A stretch of DNA of 64,000 nucleotides from Desulfomicrobium sp. (GCA_050252955.1 JBFWJY010000002.1:66680-130679), one strand, 5' to 3'. Shown: positions 1 through 9,349, counted from the stretch's first letter. Translations and numbers: made by a program. The notes: generated by a model from the letters alone, not told the origin.

Positions 1-34
1 CCCGCAGGCAAAACTTCTTTTCCAGGAAAAACCG

Positions 35-1249
35 GTGGCCGCCGACGGGCTCGAGCCTTGGCAGAAATCGCTACGGCAGGCCCTGGGCGAAGCGGAACCC
101 CGACTCTCGACCTGGATGGTCCACATCCTGGACGGGGTGGGCAGGCGCGGGGATGTGTTGTGGGAGCGGCTCCGGTTTCTCTTTGCCCAGCTGGAGGTGC
201 CGGCCACGGAAGCGGAAGATTTCATCCGCCGCTTCGACAAATGGCTCCTGGACATGGACTACGACCATGTCGACGAATTCCGCTCCGAACTCCAGTACCG
301 CATGGCCCTGGCCCTGGAACTCGAAGACGAGGAGGACGAGCGCAACCGCCTGTTCCTGAAGCTCTCCGCCGGGCTCGGCAAGACCCGCGAGCAGCTGACC
401 ATGCGCATCGACCAGCTCCTGGCCATGACCGGGAGCTACGACGACGCCTTCTGGGAAGAGCTGGAAGAAATCCTGCTCATGGCCGACGTGGGCGTAAGCG
501 CCACCCAGGAACTTTCAAAACGCCTGAAACCCAAGCTGCGCCAGGCCGGCACGCGGGACGCGGCGGCCTTCAAGGCCCTCTTGAAAGCGGAGCTGGCCGA
601 GGTCTTCATCGAACCCAAGACACCCACTGTGCCTCAGCCCCCGGAAGTGGTGCTCATGATCGGCGTCAACGGCGCGGGCAAGACCACGACCATCGCCAAG
701 CTGGCCCACCGCGCCCAGATGCAGGGCCGCAAGGTTCTGGTGGCGGCCGGGGACACCTTCCGCGCCGCGGCCATCGAACAGTTGCAGGTCTGGTCCAAAC
801 GGGTCGGAGCGGGGTTCTATGCCAAGCCCCATGGCAGCGATCCGGCGGCGGTGGCCTTCGAGGCGGTGGATCACGCCATGAAGGAAGGCTACGACCTGGT
901 CTTCGTGGACACGGCCGGACGGTTGCAGACCAAGCACAATCTCATGGAAGAACTGAAGAAGATCAACCGCGTGCTCGGCAAAAAGCTCGATGGCGCGCCG
1001 CACCGGACCATCCTGGTGCTCGATTCGACCACGGGCCAGAACGCCCTGTCCCAGGTCAAGCTCTTCTCCCAGGCCGCGCCCGTGGACGAGATCGTGCTGA
1101 CCAAGCTCGACGGGACAGCCAAAGGCGGGATCATCGTGGCCATCGCCCTGGAGTTCAAGATTCCCATAAGCTTTGTGGGCCTGGGCGAAAAAATGGAAGA
1201 CCTGCGCCCCTTCTCCGGCCAGGAATTCGCCAGCGCCCTTTTCGATTGA
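35..1249 (+). CDS. ftsY: Signal recognition particle receptor FtsY
   Basis: SRP-type GTPase motifs GVNGAGKTTTIAKLA, DTAGRL and TKLDGTAKGG follow an acidic N-terminal region. GTG start at 35, but the frame stays open back to nt 2, so the true 5' end may lie outside the window. Confidence 0.9.
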   Translation: MAADGLEPWQKSLRQALGEAEPRLSTWMVHILDGVGRRGDVLWERLRFLFAQLEVPATEAEDFIRRFDKWLLDMDYDHVDEFRSELQYRMALALELEDEEDERNRLFLKLSAGLGKTREQLTMRIDQLLAMTGSYDDAFWEELEEILLMADVGVSATQELSKRLKPKLRQAGTRDAAAFKALLKAELAEVFIEPKTPTVPQPPEVVLMIGVNGAGKTTTIAKLAHRAQMQGRKVLVAAGDTFRAAAIEQLQVWSKRVGAGFYAKPHGSDPAAVAFEAVDHAMKEGYDLVFVDTAGRLQTKHNLMEELKKINRVLGKKLDGAPHRTILVLDSTTGQNALSQVKLFSQAAPVDEIVLTKLDGTAKGGIIVAIALEFKIPISFVGLGEKMEDLRPFSGQEFASALFD

Positions 1250-1253
1250 CCGC

Positions 1254-1275
1254 GCGGGCAGGGACTCCTGCCCGC
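1254..1275. terminator. Hairpin between convergent ftsY and DUF1499 genes
   Basis: GCGGGCAGG-gact-CCTGCCCGC, a 9-bp perfect stem, lies between the two stop codons (1249 and 1281). No clear T-run. Confidence 0.45.
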
Positions 1276-1280
1276 CTCCC

Positions 1281-1700
1281 CTACTTTCCGTCGCCCATCG
1301 CCGAGGCCTTTCGCAATCGTTCCACCCGGCGGCGGTTCGCTCCCAGGTCCCACCATCCGAGCCGTGACGCGGAGCGGACCTGCGCCATTATCCCGTCCCG
1401 GCGACACTCGAGATCGTCGACAAAGCCGAAAAGGCGCGACCGGAACGTCGCGTGCAGATAACCGTCGTCCTCGCGCTCGATGGTTCCGCCCTGGGCGATG
1501 ATGGCCAGGCGCAAGCGCTTCCAGCCCTCTGCGCCCTGCAGGAAAAGGGGGGCGATGTTCGCGTCCCGCCCTTCCGAGACAACGCAGTTGGGAGATCCCG
1601 GACACGGCCTAAGGCGGCCGTCTTCAACCCCGGAACGCGTGGTCAGGGCGCAGGATGCCATGCCCAGGCAGACAAGAATGACCAGGCAGGATTTTTTCAT
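1281..1700 (-). CDS. DUF1499-like lipoprotein
   Basis: Signal peptide MKKSCLVILVCLGMASC with a lipobox-like Cys. The GSPNCVVS motif is as I recall for DUF1499. Start chosen at MKKS (1700), not the upstream ATG at 1709. Confidence 0.7.
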   Translation of the reverse strand: MKKSCLVILVCLGMASCALTTRSGVEDGRLRPCPGSPNCVVSEGRDANIAPLFLQGAEGWKRLRLAIIAQGGTIEREDDGYLHATFRSRLFGFVDDLECRRDGIMAQVRSASRLGWWDLGANRRRVERLRKASAMGDGK

Positions 1701-1763
1701 GACATACACTCCACTTCTTTTCGCGGTTGCACTGTCCGGAGGACACCCGCCCGACCGGAGATG

Positions 1764-2606
1764 TCACATGGAATCAAATGCAGGCATGAGCGCCTCCGCC
1801 TCTCCGGCATCGATGCAAGGCCAGTCCGGCAGAAGGGAGGCCGTGAATCCGGGCAGATCAAGACGCCAGTGATGCAGGTAAAGCCCGCCCGGCTCCCCTG
1901 TCCCGTAAACCGGATCGCCAACCAGGGGATGGCCGGTATGGGCAAGATGGGCGCGGATCTGATGCCTGCGCCCTTTGAGGATTTTCACCAGAAGCAGGGT
2001 GTCGCCATCAACATGACGCACCGCCCTGGCCGTGGTCCAGCGCAGGGACGAATCCTGCTCCGGGATCACGCGCACCACGCGGCGCTTGTCGTCCAGAATC
2101 CTGTCCCTGACCTGCAAGACGTCCAGCGATCCATGGGCCAGGGCCAGATACCACTTGCAGACCCGGCCCTCGTCCTGCCAGGCTTTATATGCCGCCGCAT
2201 CCGCCGCGCCCGCCGCGGCCAGGACCAGGCCGCTGGTCAGGCAGTCCAGGCGGTTCAGCAGTTCCCACCGCTCCAGACCGAGTTCAGGCAGGCAGGATTC
2301 AAGACTGGAGGCACCCCGGCCGGCCACGGTGTGCAGGCCGCCGGGTTTGGCCAGGGCCGCGAAGCGCTCGTCGCGGGCCACGATCCCGACACCGTCGCAG
2401 ACCGGAACCACTTCCTCCGGGACCACGCCGACGCGCTGACCGGGATGGACCAAAACACCCTTGGCGCATCTTCTGCCGTCGACCAGGACGCGACCGTCGT
2501 CGATCAGGGTTCGACAACGCCTGAGCCCAAGCCCCAGCCGCCCGGCCAGGGCCTTGTCCAGCCGAACAGGCGGAAAATCTTCGGGATAGATGAAGGAATC
2601 TGTCAT
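1764..2606 (-). CDS. RluA-family 23S rRNA pseudouridine synthase (S4-like N-domain)
   Basis: Catalytic-region signature HQIRAHLAHTGHPLVGDPVYG and RLDCLTSGLVL (Asp motif). N-terminal S4-like segment. Start set at MTDSF (2606). Confidence 0.85.
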   Translation of the reverse strand: MTDSFIYPEDFPPVRLDKALAGRLGLGLRRCRTLIDDGRVLVDGRRCAKGVLVHPGQRVGVVPEEVVPVCDGVGIVARDERFAALAKPGGLHTVAGRGASSLESCLPELGLERWELLNRLDCLTSGLVLAAAGAADAAAYKAWQDEGRVCKWYLALAHGSLDVLQVRDRILDDKRRVVRVIPEQDSSLRWTTARAVRHVDGDTLLLVKILKGRRHQIRAHLAHTGHPLVGDPVYGTGEPGGLYLHHWRLDLPGFTASLLPDWPCIDAGEAEALMPAFDSM

Positions 2607-2681
2607 GCTACACCGTGAACCGGTCAAGGGAGCTCGGACCGTGACCGGGAACCATCGACGGCGAAACGACGCGGACGCGCG

Positions 2682-4145
2682 TCATTGCGGAGGGTAACCG
2701 GGCCGCTCCTGCTCGACAATGGACAGCCATGTCGAGGTCAGCTCCTTGTCCCACTGCGTACCGGCACCGCGGTCCAAAGCGTACATGACCTTGCTGAGCG
2801 GCAGGGATTGCCGGTAAGCCCGATTGGAGGTCATGGCCTCATAGCTGTCCGCCAGACAGATGATACGGGCCATGAAGGGCACGGCGTCGCCGGCCAGCCC
2901 GTCGGGATAGCCCTGGCCGTCAACGCGCTCGTGGTGGTGGTAGATGATCCGCGTGACGTCGTTCATGGCCCCGACCTGCCCCAGGATTTCCCGGCCCATG
3001 GAGCTGTGGCGCTTCATGGTTTCGTATTCCTCGTCGGTCAGGGCACCGGGCTTGTTCAGGATATGATCCGGGATGCCGATCTTGCCGATGTCGTGCAGCA
3101 TGCCCGCGATGTGCAGACGGTCGAGCTCCTTGCTCCCCAGGCCCAAAGTCCGCCCCAGGCGGCAGGCATACTCGGCCACGCGCTCCGAATGCCCACGGGT
3201 GTAATAATCCTTGAGCTCAACCGCCTGGGCAAAAGAGCGGATCACATCCTGGTTCATGGTCCGCAGACGCGAGTAGAGATGAGAGTTTTGCAGGGCCGAA
3301 GCGGTGTGCGAGGCGAAAACGCCCAACAGTTGCAGATCCTGCTCGCAATAGAGGGGATTGTCCCGGTCGCGGACCAGGGTGATGACCCCGATGCGTTTTT
3401 GCGGAAGGTCCAGGGGCACGGCCATGACCGAATAGGGAAAGCCTTCTGGAAACAGGGCCGAATTGAAGGACGACTGCCGCAGGGTGAACTGGTCGAGAAG
3501 GTAGGACTTTCCTTGCTGCAGAATTCTGTCGCACAGCTTGGTCACGAAAACGCGCAGAACGCCATTGGTCTCAAGCAGGCGCCCCTGCATCAGGTTCGGC
3601 CCGCGTTCGAGCATTTCCGGCAGGAGCAGACAGATGGCGTCGGGGGAGAAATTCTCGCGCAGGTGGATCAAAAACTCTTCCACCACGGCCACATGGTTGA
3701 GCTGAGCGCCAAGACGCTTGCTCAGGCCCAGCATGCGCACCACGGCGGAGAGCTTTTCCTGCTCCTTGCGGCTTCTGCGCTGTTCGAGGATGGAACGCAC
3801 CCGCAAGAGCAGATGCTTGATGTCGAAGGGCTTGGCAATGTAATCCGCCGCGCCGTTCTTCATGATGTCGACAGCGGTCTCCGTGGTCCCGTAGCCGGTC
3901 ATGACCAGAAAATCCACGTCCAGCTGGCGCTTGCGGATCTGGCTGAGCAAGTCCTGACCGTTCATGTCGGGCATGCGCAGGTCGCTGATGACCAGATCAA
4001 ATCCATGCGCCCCGAGCTTGCCCAGGGCATCCTGCCCGTTGCCGGCCAGAGTCACGTCGTAGCCCACCCCGGAAAGCGCCTCTTCACAGATCTCCCGGAG
4101 CGCAGGTTCGTCATCAACCACCAGCACGCGAAAAGCTGTCGTCAT
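2682..4145 (-). CDS. Response regulator with HD-GYP output domain
   Basis: REC domain (RVLVVDDEPALREI...DLVISDLRMPDMNG...AKPF), central GAF-like region, then HD-GYP (HDIGKIGIPD...HHHERVDGQGYPDGL). Start at MTTAFRV (4145), preceded by GGTGAG. In-frame upstream ATGs exist at 4172 and 4202. Confidence 0.85.
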   Translation of the reverse strand: MTTAFRVLVVDDEPALREICEEALSGVGYDVTLAGNGQDALGKLGAHGFDLVISDLRMPDMNGQDLLSQIRKRQLDVDFLVMTGYGTTETAVDIMKNGAADYIAKPFDIKHLLLRVRSILEQRRSRKEQEKLSAVVRMLGLSKRLGAQLNHVAVVEEFLIHLRENFSPDAICLLLPEMLERGPNLMQGRLLETNGVLRVFVTKLCDRILQQGKSYLLDQFTLRQSSFNSALFPEGFPYSVMAVPLDLPQKRIGVITLVRDRDNPLYCEQDLQLLGVFASHTASALQNSHLYSRLRTMNQDVIRSFAQAVELKDYYTRGHSERVAEYACRLGRTLGLGSKELDRLHIAGMLHDIGKIGIPDHILNKPGALTDEEYETMKRHSSMGREILGQVGAMNDVTRIIYHHHERVDGQGYPDGLAGDAVPFMARIICLADSYEAMTSNRAYRQSLPLSKVMYALDRGAGTQWDKELTSTWLSIVEQERPGYPPQ

Positions 4146-4311
4146 TTTCTCACCATCAGGGAAGATCGCCGACATGAGCTGCCCCCCGGAGTTCGTAAAC
4201 ATTTGTGAACCAATTCTTTTTAGTGAAAAAACAAAAGTCTGACAACACGAGGAAAAGCAAAAATAATCCTTGCCAACCAAAATCATCTTAGGTAGATGCC
4301 ATTTCCTCAAT

Positions 4312-4388
4312 CGGGATGTGGCTCAGGCTGGTAGAGCGCTGCGTTCGGGACGCAGAGACCGGAGGTTCAAATCCTCTCATCCCGACCA
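4312..4388 (+). tRNA. tRNA-Pro (anticodon CGG)
   Basis: Cloverleaf read by eye: acceptor CGGGATG/CATCCCG, anticodon stem CTGCG/CGCAG with loop TTCGGGA (CGG), T-arm GGAGG-TTCAAAT-CCTCT, encoded CCA. Confidence 0.9.
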
Positions 4389-4399
4389 TTAGAAAACAA

Positions 4400-4435
4400 G
4401 GGGTTAGATGTAAAAGTCTAACCCCTTTTTCTTTT
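4400..4435 (+). terminator. Rho-independent terminator after tRNA-Pro
   Basis: GGGGTTAGA-tgtaaaag-TCTAACCCC followed by TTTTTCTTTT. Confidence 0.8.
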
Positions 4436-4484
4436 CCTAAATATCTTGAGCAGTGGATAAACAGCGCCCTGGCTGTTGGTTGGT

Positions 4485-4540
4485 TGTAACGCGTCACTTA
4501 GTTTTGGACCAAGTGACGCTTAGTTTTGAATTTTGAAACA
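4485..4540. repeat. Prophage terminal repeat, fibre-proximal end (attR-equivalent)
   Basis: TGTAACGCGTCACTTAGTTTTGG-accaa-GTGACGCTTAGTTTTGAATTTTGA holds two direct copies of a C(A/G)CTTAGTTTTG motif. The core CTTAGTTTTGAATTTTGA (4519-4536) recurs inverted at 39931-39948. Confidence 0.8.
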
Positions 4541-4639
4541 GGCCGCATTTTGTTCACCAGGGCACGGTCCAACACCATCAATTTTTCGCCTCGTAAACAC
4601 CGCCTTGCTGAACAAAATTTCTGATCGTGTCCGCGGTCA

Positions 4640-4663
4640 CTTGCCCCGCTGCCGCGGGGCAAG
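4640..4663 (-). terminator. Stable hairpin downstream of tail-fibre gene
   Basis: CTTGCCCCGC-tgcc-GCGGGGCAAG, a 10-bp perfect stem 15 nt past the fibre stop. No T-run, so terminator function is uncertain. Confidence 0.35.
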
Positions 4664-4677
4664 ATCAGGGTTCTGGA

Positions 4678-5724
4678 TCACAGGGAGTCACAGACGCCGC
4701 GCAGGCCGACAGTGCCATTCGCGTCCCACGGAATCGCATGCGTGTAGAGACAACGCGCGCCGCAGTACACGCCGGCGCTCCAATAGCCCCCGCCAATGAA
4801 CGCACGCCAGGAAGCGTGGTACACGCCACCGCGCGGAATAGCGGCGTCCTTGCCGACGTTTACGGCCGCAGTGCTCCATACCCATGTTCCGCCAACATCA
4901 TAATGATCATCGAGCCAGTCCCAGAGATTCCCCGCAGCGTCCACGACATTATACTGGCTGACAGCCTTGGCCACCGCCCCAGCGAGCGCCGGGCCCGTGT
5001 TGCTCGTATGCCCCCAGGCCGTGTCATTGCTCGAATTCGAGCCCTGAGGCGCTCCCTCTGCGTAGCGCAGAAACTCTTCCACCGTCGGGAGGCGCTTGCC
5101 CGCGTTGCTGATCAGCTGGTGGAAGTCGGACCGGCTGTAAATGTTGTCACGGATCAGCGCAGCCCCGTACCTACTCACGGGGATATTTTCTGGCCAAGTC
5201 CCGGGTCCTTCCGAGTTTAAATAGATATCCACCCAGAGGCGGCCGGGGACAACCTCGACCATTCCCGACGGGTCGCAGGACGGACGATGGTGTAAGTCCC
5301 AGCACGAATTCGGCACGATGCCGACAGGCGGGACGTATGTTGTATTGTATCTGTAGGCGATGCCACGAACGCGCCCGACATGAAACCCGCCAACCTTGCG
5401 GCTGGTCTCGGCAGACTGCCCGACCGGATATGTTGAATTCTTGGACGCCAGCCACGCAGCAACGCCGCTTGGATCCTGGATGGCATATATATAGATGTCG
5501 TCTCCAAGCGTGAGACTCGAAAAGGACCCATCGTTGTTACCCTCGGCAAGCGGATCCCACCCCAGGGCCTGGCGTAGGAGGTACCCCTTACCGTTGCCAC
5601 CGATATTGACCATCCCCTCAGGGAGCGAAAGCACTTCGCCGCCTGGCTCCTTGGAAATAGATCCCAGCAAGCTAAAAAAACCGGCCGCCTGGGCCGGGAT
5701 GATAAACAAATCTCCTGCAGCCAT
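4678..5724 (-). CDS. Tail fibre / receptor-binding protein with C-terminal FGE-sulfatase (C-type-lectin-fold) domain
   Basis: Last gene of the tail module. C-terminal motifs AAGNLWDWLDD, RGGVYHASW and GLRGVC resemble the GNVWEW / RGGSW / GFR signature of FGE/CLec-fold domains. Confidence 0.7.
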   Translation of the reverse strand: MAAGDLFIIPAQAAGFFSLLGSISKEPGGEVLSLPEGMVNIGGNGKGYLLRQALGWDPLAEGNNDGSFSSLTLGDDIYIYAIQDPSGVAAWLASKNSTYPVGQSAETSRKVGGFHVGRVRGIAYRYNTTYVPPVGIVPNSCWDLHHRPSCDPSGMVEVVPGRLWVDIYLNSEGPGTWPENIPVSRYGAALIRDNIYSRSDFHQLISNAGKRLPTVEEFLRYAEGAPQGSNSSNDTAWGHTSNTGPALAGAVAKAVSQYNVVDAAGNLWDWLDDHYDVGGTWVWSTAAVNVGKDAAIPRGGVYHASWRAFIGGGYWSAGVYCGARCLYTHAIPWDANGTVGLRGVCDSL

Positions 5725-6048
5725 TTATACCTCCTGAAGCTCTGCAATTTTAGCTAACACTTCGCTTTCCGAATACCCTAGAATCTCAATGGTTGCGCCC
5801 TGGGCGAAGGCGCGGCGCTCCTGTCTGCGACGCCCATCTTCCTGTTCCAGAACGATATACTCCGGGGCCTCCCCATCGGGAGCCTCCCCCTCATCAAGAT
5901 ACCTGTCGAACTGGTAGTCCCACCGGCCCGACAAGAGACCCTCCAAGTGGCGGATGGCGGCCCGCCGATCCACTTCACCCACCAGGCCGGCGACGCAGAT
6001 CCGCTCATAATCTTCGCGCGTCTGAAGGCGCGCAGGAACTCCGTGCAT
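5725..6048 (-). CDS. Hypothetical protein (fibre-associated position)
   Basis: Start set at MHGVPARL (6048), directly after the upstream stop at 6050. The ORF-track extension to 6261 overlaps the upstream gene out of frame. No recognisable family. Confidence 0.5.
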   Translation of the reverse strand: MHGVPARLQTREDYERICVAGLVGEVDRRAAIRHLEGLLSGRWDYQFDRYLDEGEAPDGEAPEYIVLEQEDGRRRQERRAFAQGATIEILGYSESEVLAKIAELQEV

Positions 6049-6049
6049 A

Positions 6050-6394
6050 CTATCCCTCCTGGATGGCCAGACAGCCATCGATCGTAGATAGGTTGATAAA
6101 AGAGGCCGCCCTGACGGCAGCCACAAGGCCAGCTTCAAGCGCGTCCAAGTCCCCGTCGTCCAGCACGCCAGGCGCGTGCCTGTTCGCGATGAATTGAGCC
6201 ACGCCGGCCGCAATGTGGGCGGCCTGCCTGTTGGCCCTATTCTGGATCTCCAGGCGGGCAAGCCCTGGCTGGTGCCCGCGAAGCCGGAGCGTGTGGGATG
6301 TGTAACTCGCCAACGACTCCAGCTCTCCGGCTGCCTCTGTCGCGTCCGGAGCGAACGGCAGGATCTCGCTTACGGCCCCTTCATTAAGTGGCAT
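6050..6394 (-). CDS. Tail-fibre N-terminal (baseplate-attachment) domain protein
   Basis: The stretch ILPFAPDA...NRANRQAAHIAAGVAQFI...DDGDLDALEAGL resembles the conserved N-terminus of P2/Mu-type tail fibres. Confidence 0.55.
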   Translation of the reverse strand: MPLNEGAVSEILPFAPDATEAAGELESLASYTSHTLRLRGHQPGLARLEIQNRANRQAAHIAAGVAQFIANRHAPGVLDDGDLDALEAGLVAAVRAASFINLSTIDGCLAIQEG

Positions 6395-7070
6395 AGTCGC
6401 CTCCTTCTATAGGTATGAGTTTCTTGGCCCACGATCCCGAGCCCCACCCGGCAAGCGCCTCGGACTCGCAATTCCAGGCAAAGAGCGGCCCCGGCGATAC
6501 GGCGACCGCAAAAAATTCCACTTCCACACCGGCAGGCTTGAGGGGGATGTATTGCTGCAGAAGCAGCTGCTGCATAATCGCGCTCATAGGCATTGCGGAA
6601 ATGCCGACAATCATACTCATGTCCCCGGAATCCTCGATAAAAACCACGGATCCTTCCACCGAAAACGCCGACGCCCAAATCTCGTAAGCAGACGGGATGG
6701 TCCCGTCCCACGAGTTCGCCGCGATCTTGGCCTTGAGCAGAGTCCTGTAAACATCGTCCGGGAGGCTGACGACTCCCGTTTCCGGGTCGTACCGCCCCCG
6801 CCAGATCCCTTGGCCCCATCCCAGGCCGTCCACGTTCCAACTGAAATACACATCATCGAGCGGGGCCCTGACATTGCGGGAGCGGCCAACACGCACGCCT
6901 ACAGCGTCGAGCTGAACGCCGACAGCCGTGTCCACATCAAAAGCGTGGCGCATGTCCTGCAGCAAGGCCTCCAAGTCGCAAAGCGGCTTGACCAGTGCCT
7001 CCACGGCAGCAGCAAAGCGCGGGCGCTGGCGATGCTGCGAAGTGATCAAATCAAGATATCGCTCAGGCAC
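6384..7070 (-). CDS. Baseplate wedge protein, Mu gp48-like (DUF2313)
   Basis: Lies directly after the baseplate-J gene. N-terminal MPERYLDLITSQHRQRPRF...LDAVGVRVG resembles DUF2313, from memory of the family. Confidence 0.7.
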   Translation of the reverse strand: MPERYLDLITSQHRQRPRFAAAVEALVKPLCDLEALLQDMRHAFDVDTAVGVQLDAVGVRVGRSRNVRAPLDDVYFSWNVDGLGWGQGIWRGRYDPETGVVSLPDDVYRTLLKAKIAANSWDGTIPSAYEIWASAFSVEGSVVFIEDSGDMSMIVGISAMPMSAIMQQLLLQQYIPLKPAGVEVEFFAVAVSPGPLFAWNCESEALAGWGSGSWAKKLIPIEGGDYAT

Positions 7071-8232
7071 TCACCACCTCCAGCTCGACGTCATCAAGGG
7101 CGCAAGACGCGGCCGCGTTGAAGTCGATGGATAGGTTCTCAGCCGAGAGGGAATCCCCGATCCCGATCTGCAGCGAGAGCACATCGAAAGACCTCCGGTC
7201 GGCCACCGGCTCAGCGGCGTTGATCGGGGTGTACAGCTTGGACAGCATCACATCTTCGCCGATTTCGAGGGCGCTGATGTGGGTAGACAGGTTTTTGCGG
7301 ATCGTCTCGCCAGTAGCCGAGACATAGCCGGAGAGGGGGCGGATCGACACGCGAACGGCCACGGCGACGGGCGTCGGGCGGAAAAACTTGATTACGCTCG
7401 CGGATCCGTAAACATCACGGAGCCCCACCTCCACATCGCCATGCGTCCCGCAGCCAGGCGTCTTCTTTAGGGCTATGGCCGTGGCGACAGCCTGCGCGTC
7501 ACCGCCTTCGACAACTAGGGAGACGCTATGGGGCGGAAGACCATTACTGTCTTCCACCGAGGAGTCGTTTTCATAGCCCCGGCACCTGGTCACGCCAGAG
7601 ACGGAAGAGACACCGCCCACAATCCCGTCAAAAACTGTCTGGGATGGAATGGCGGTGCTGATGCGCTGCCGCCCCCTAAGGTCCGCGTCCGTTTCCACTG
7701 CAGACCCGGGCACGGCCGCTTCTGCATTCGTCACCGCCTGCCAGCCATAGACAGGGGTCGCGATATTCGTGATCTCTCCGGCGGCGGCCCGGATCTCTCC
7801 CGGATCCTCGGCCAGGGCCGTGACGGTGATTTCGCCACCGACCGGGATCGTCAGGCCTGGCAGAAGCCAGCGCTGGTCTGCCGTGTCCGTGGCAACGCCG
7901 CCGGAGATAACGGTTCCCGGGCGGCCGATCACCCTCAGGTCCACCTGGCTATGAGACGCGCCACGACGACGCAGGCCGTTCACCTTCACCACGCTGGACA
8001 ACCCTGCGCCCTGGGCAGTTTGGGGCGAAAACGCGTTGTACACGCTGGCCGCCAAGGTGTGGCAGTCGTGGATCCGCAGGGCGAAGATGGACAAGAGTTG
8101 GCCCTCCTGGGAGTCCGGCTCCAGGTAGACGTCCTGGCCGAAAATTCCCCGGAACTCCCCTTTCAGATCCTCCAGGATCTCGGAGTAGTCCGGGATGTGA
8201 ACGCCGTGCTCATTGATATATGCTGTTGCCAC
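7063..8232 (-). CDS. Baseplate J-like protein (Mu gp47-like)
   Basis: 389 aa, between gp25-like and gp48-like genes. N-terminal YINEHGVHIPDYSEILEDLKGEFRGIFGQDVYLEPDS is typical of the Baseplate_J family. Confidence 0.8.
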   Translation of the reverse strand: MATAYINEHGVHIPDYSEILEDLKGEFRGIFGQDVYLEPDSQEGQLLSIFALRIHDCHTLAASVYNAFSPQTAQGAGLSSVVKVNGLRRRGASHSQVDLRVIGRPGTVISGGVATDTADQRWLLPGLTIPVGGEITVTALAEDPGEIRAAAGEITNIATPVYGWQAVTNAEAAVPGSAVETDADLRGRQRISTAIPSQTVFDGIVGGVSSVSGVTRCRGYENDSSVEDSNGLPPHSVSLVVEGGDAQAVATAIALKKTPGCGTHGDVEVGLRDVYGSASVIKFFRPTPVAVAVRVSIRPLSGYVSATGETIRKNLSTHISALEIGEDVMLSKLYTPINAAEPVADRRSFDVLSLQIGIGDSLSAENLSIDFNAAASCALDDVELEVVSA

Positions 8233-8585
8233 TACATCACCTCCTGAACGGTTGTCGGGCCGTAAACAGTCTCAATGGTCAGGTTGACGGTCAGGCGCCG
8301 CGTTTCACCATCGAGAAAGCTCTCATAGCTCGTGATGGCGGCCACGCCTTCGGTTTCTCGAACCCGCTCCCGGATCACGAGGTCATAGCTCTCCTTGGTA
8401 TGCTTCCCAAGGACCGCCGGGGCATACGGCGTGCCCTCGGCCAAATCGAGGAACCATTCCCCGCGAAGCAAGCGCAGGCGGGTCACGACGGCCTGAGCCA
8501 CCGCCAAGGGAGTGTCCCGCAGGTAGTCGGCATCTCCATGGCCCATGATCATGTCCCCCTTGTCGTCGAGGCGGCGATACATCAT
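8232..8585 (-). CDS. Baseplate gp25/W-like protein (Mu gp46-like)
   Basis: 117 aa, in the position between spike and baseplate J. Start overlaps the upstream stop (ATGA). Confidence 0.6.
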   Translation of the reverse strand: MMYRRLDDKGDMIMGHGDADYLRDTPLAVAQAVVTRLRLLRGEWFLDLAEGTPYAPAVLGKHTKESYDLVIRERVRETEGVAAITSYESFLDGETRRLTVNLTIETVYGPTTVQEVM

Positions 8586-9349
8586 TGCGGCACCCCCGTC
8601 GTTCCGCTGCCCGGCTGCGTGTCGCCGTGCCGGTGCCCCATCTGGCTGATCCCGCCGGCCACCTGGTCGCCGGTGCTCGAAATGCTGCCCGTAAAGCTCG
8701 CCTGGGAATCGCCGCCGCCAAGTCCGGACATGGACAGGCTATTCGCCTGGATGTTGACCACGGGAGCCGTCAAATTGATGCTTGTGGACGCCTCCATGGT
8801 CACGTCGCCGCCGGGGGAGAGCTCGACCTTCGCGGCCGGGTTCTGCGCAAGGATGGTATAGTCCGGGGCCATGGTGACGTGCGCCTGACCGTCATCGGTC
8901 CGCAGCTGCACGCGCTGCGTGTCCACGGCGGGGGAAAGAGTCTTGGCCCTAGCCCTGGGGCCGACCAGGGCGAATCCATCAGAAAGATCGTGCATGCGGC
9001 TGTCCGGGGCCTGGGCGACGCCGCCGCTTTGCCACCACCCGTCAATGCACCGACTCGCGAAGACGACCAGGCAGGCGTCCCCGGGCTTGATCGGGTGCGT
9101 CAGCGTGAACCCTCCCCCGGAAGGAAACACCACAGGGACGTCGACCAAAAGCGGGAGATTGACAGCCGAGGCTTTGCCAGTCTCGTCTTCCTGCATGCCC
9201 TGGATAGCTGGCTGCACGGCCACGGTCATGGCCTGAGGGTCAAATGATTCCACCAGCCCGGGCAGCGCCGTCCACATTTCTGCCTGCTTGCCGTCGAGGG
9301 CGGCCCGGAGGCCCTCAACCGGATCTTCGATTCGTTCTCTGCGGTCCAT
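8582..9349 (-). CDS. Baseplate central spike (Mu gp45 / gpV-like)
   Basis: N-terminal OB-like region (LPGLVESFDPQAMTVAVQPAI...), beta-helical repeats and a C-terminal HRHGDT (HxH apex motif). Confidence 0.75.
   Translation of the reverse strand: MDRRERIEDPVEGLRAALDGKQAEMWTALPGLVESFDPQAMTVAVQPAIQGMQEDETGKASAVNLPLLVDVPVVFPSGGGFTLTHPIKPGDACLVVFASRCIDGWWQSGGVAQAPDSRMHDLSDGFALVGPRARAKTLSPAVDTQRVQLRTDDGQAHVTMAPDYTILAQNPAAKVELSPGGDVTMEASTSINLTAPVVNIQANSLSMSGLGGGDSQASFTGSISSTGDQVAGGISQMGHRHGDTQPGSGTTGVPQ

Noticed and set aside
2685-4208. 507-aa plus-strand ORF opposite the HD-GYP response regulator. Similar cases are 58-1461 and 515-1003 over ftsY, and 1452-2618 over the RluA gene.
   Set aside because: The opposite or alternate frames contain clear REC/HD-GYP, FtsY GTPase and pseudouridine-synthase signatures. 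These ORFs are high-GC artefacts.
4312-4485. tRNA-Pro as the attachment site of an integrase-type island.
   Set aside because: No tyrosine or serine integrase is present and no duplicated tRNA 3' segment occurs at the far end. The element has a DDE transposase, a MuB ATPase and Mu-style terminal repeats, so adjacency to the tRNA looks coincidental.
4485-4540. Short direct repeats at the phage ends (also 39931-39990) as a possible CRISPR or other array.
   Set aside because: There are only two copies per end, arranged as mirror-image sets at both prophage boundaries. This is consistent with transposase-binding sites. No repeat-spacer periodicity or cas genes are present.
4533-5724. Diversity-generating retroelement acting on the CLec-fold fibre tip.
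   Set aside because: There is no reverse-transcriptase ORF anywhere in the prophage. The 190 nt downstream of the fibre show no template-repeat similarity to the 3' end of the gene.
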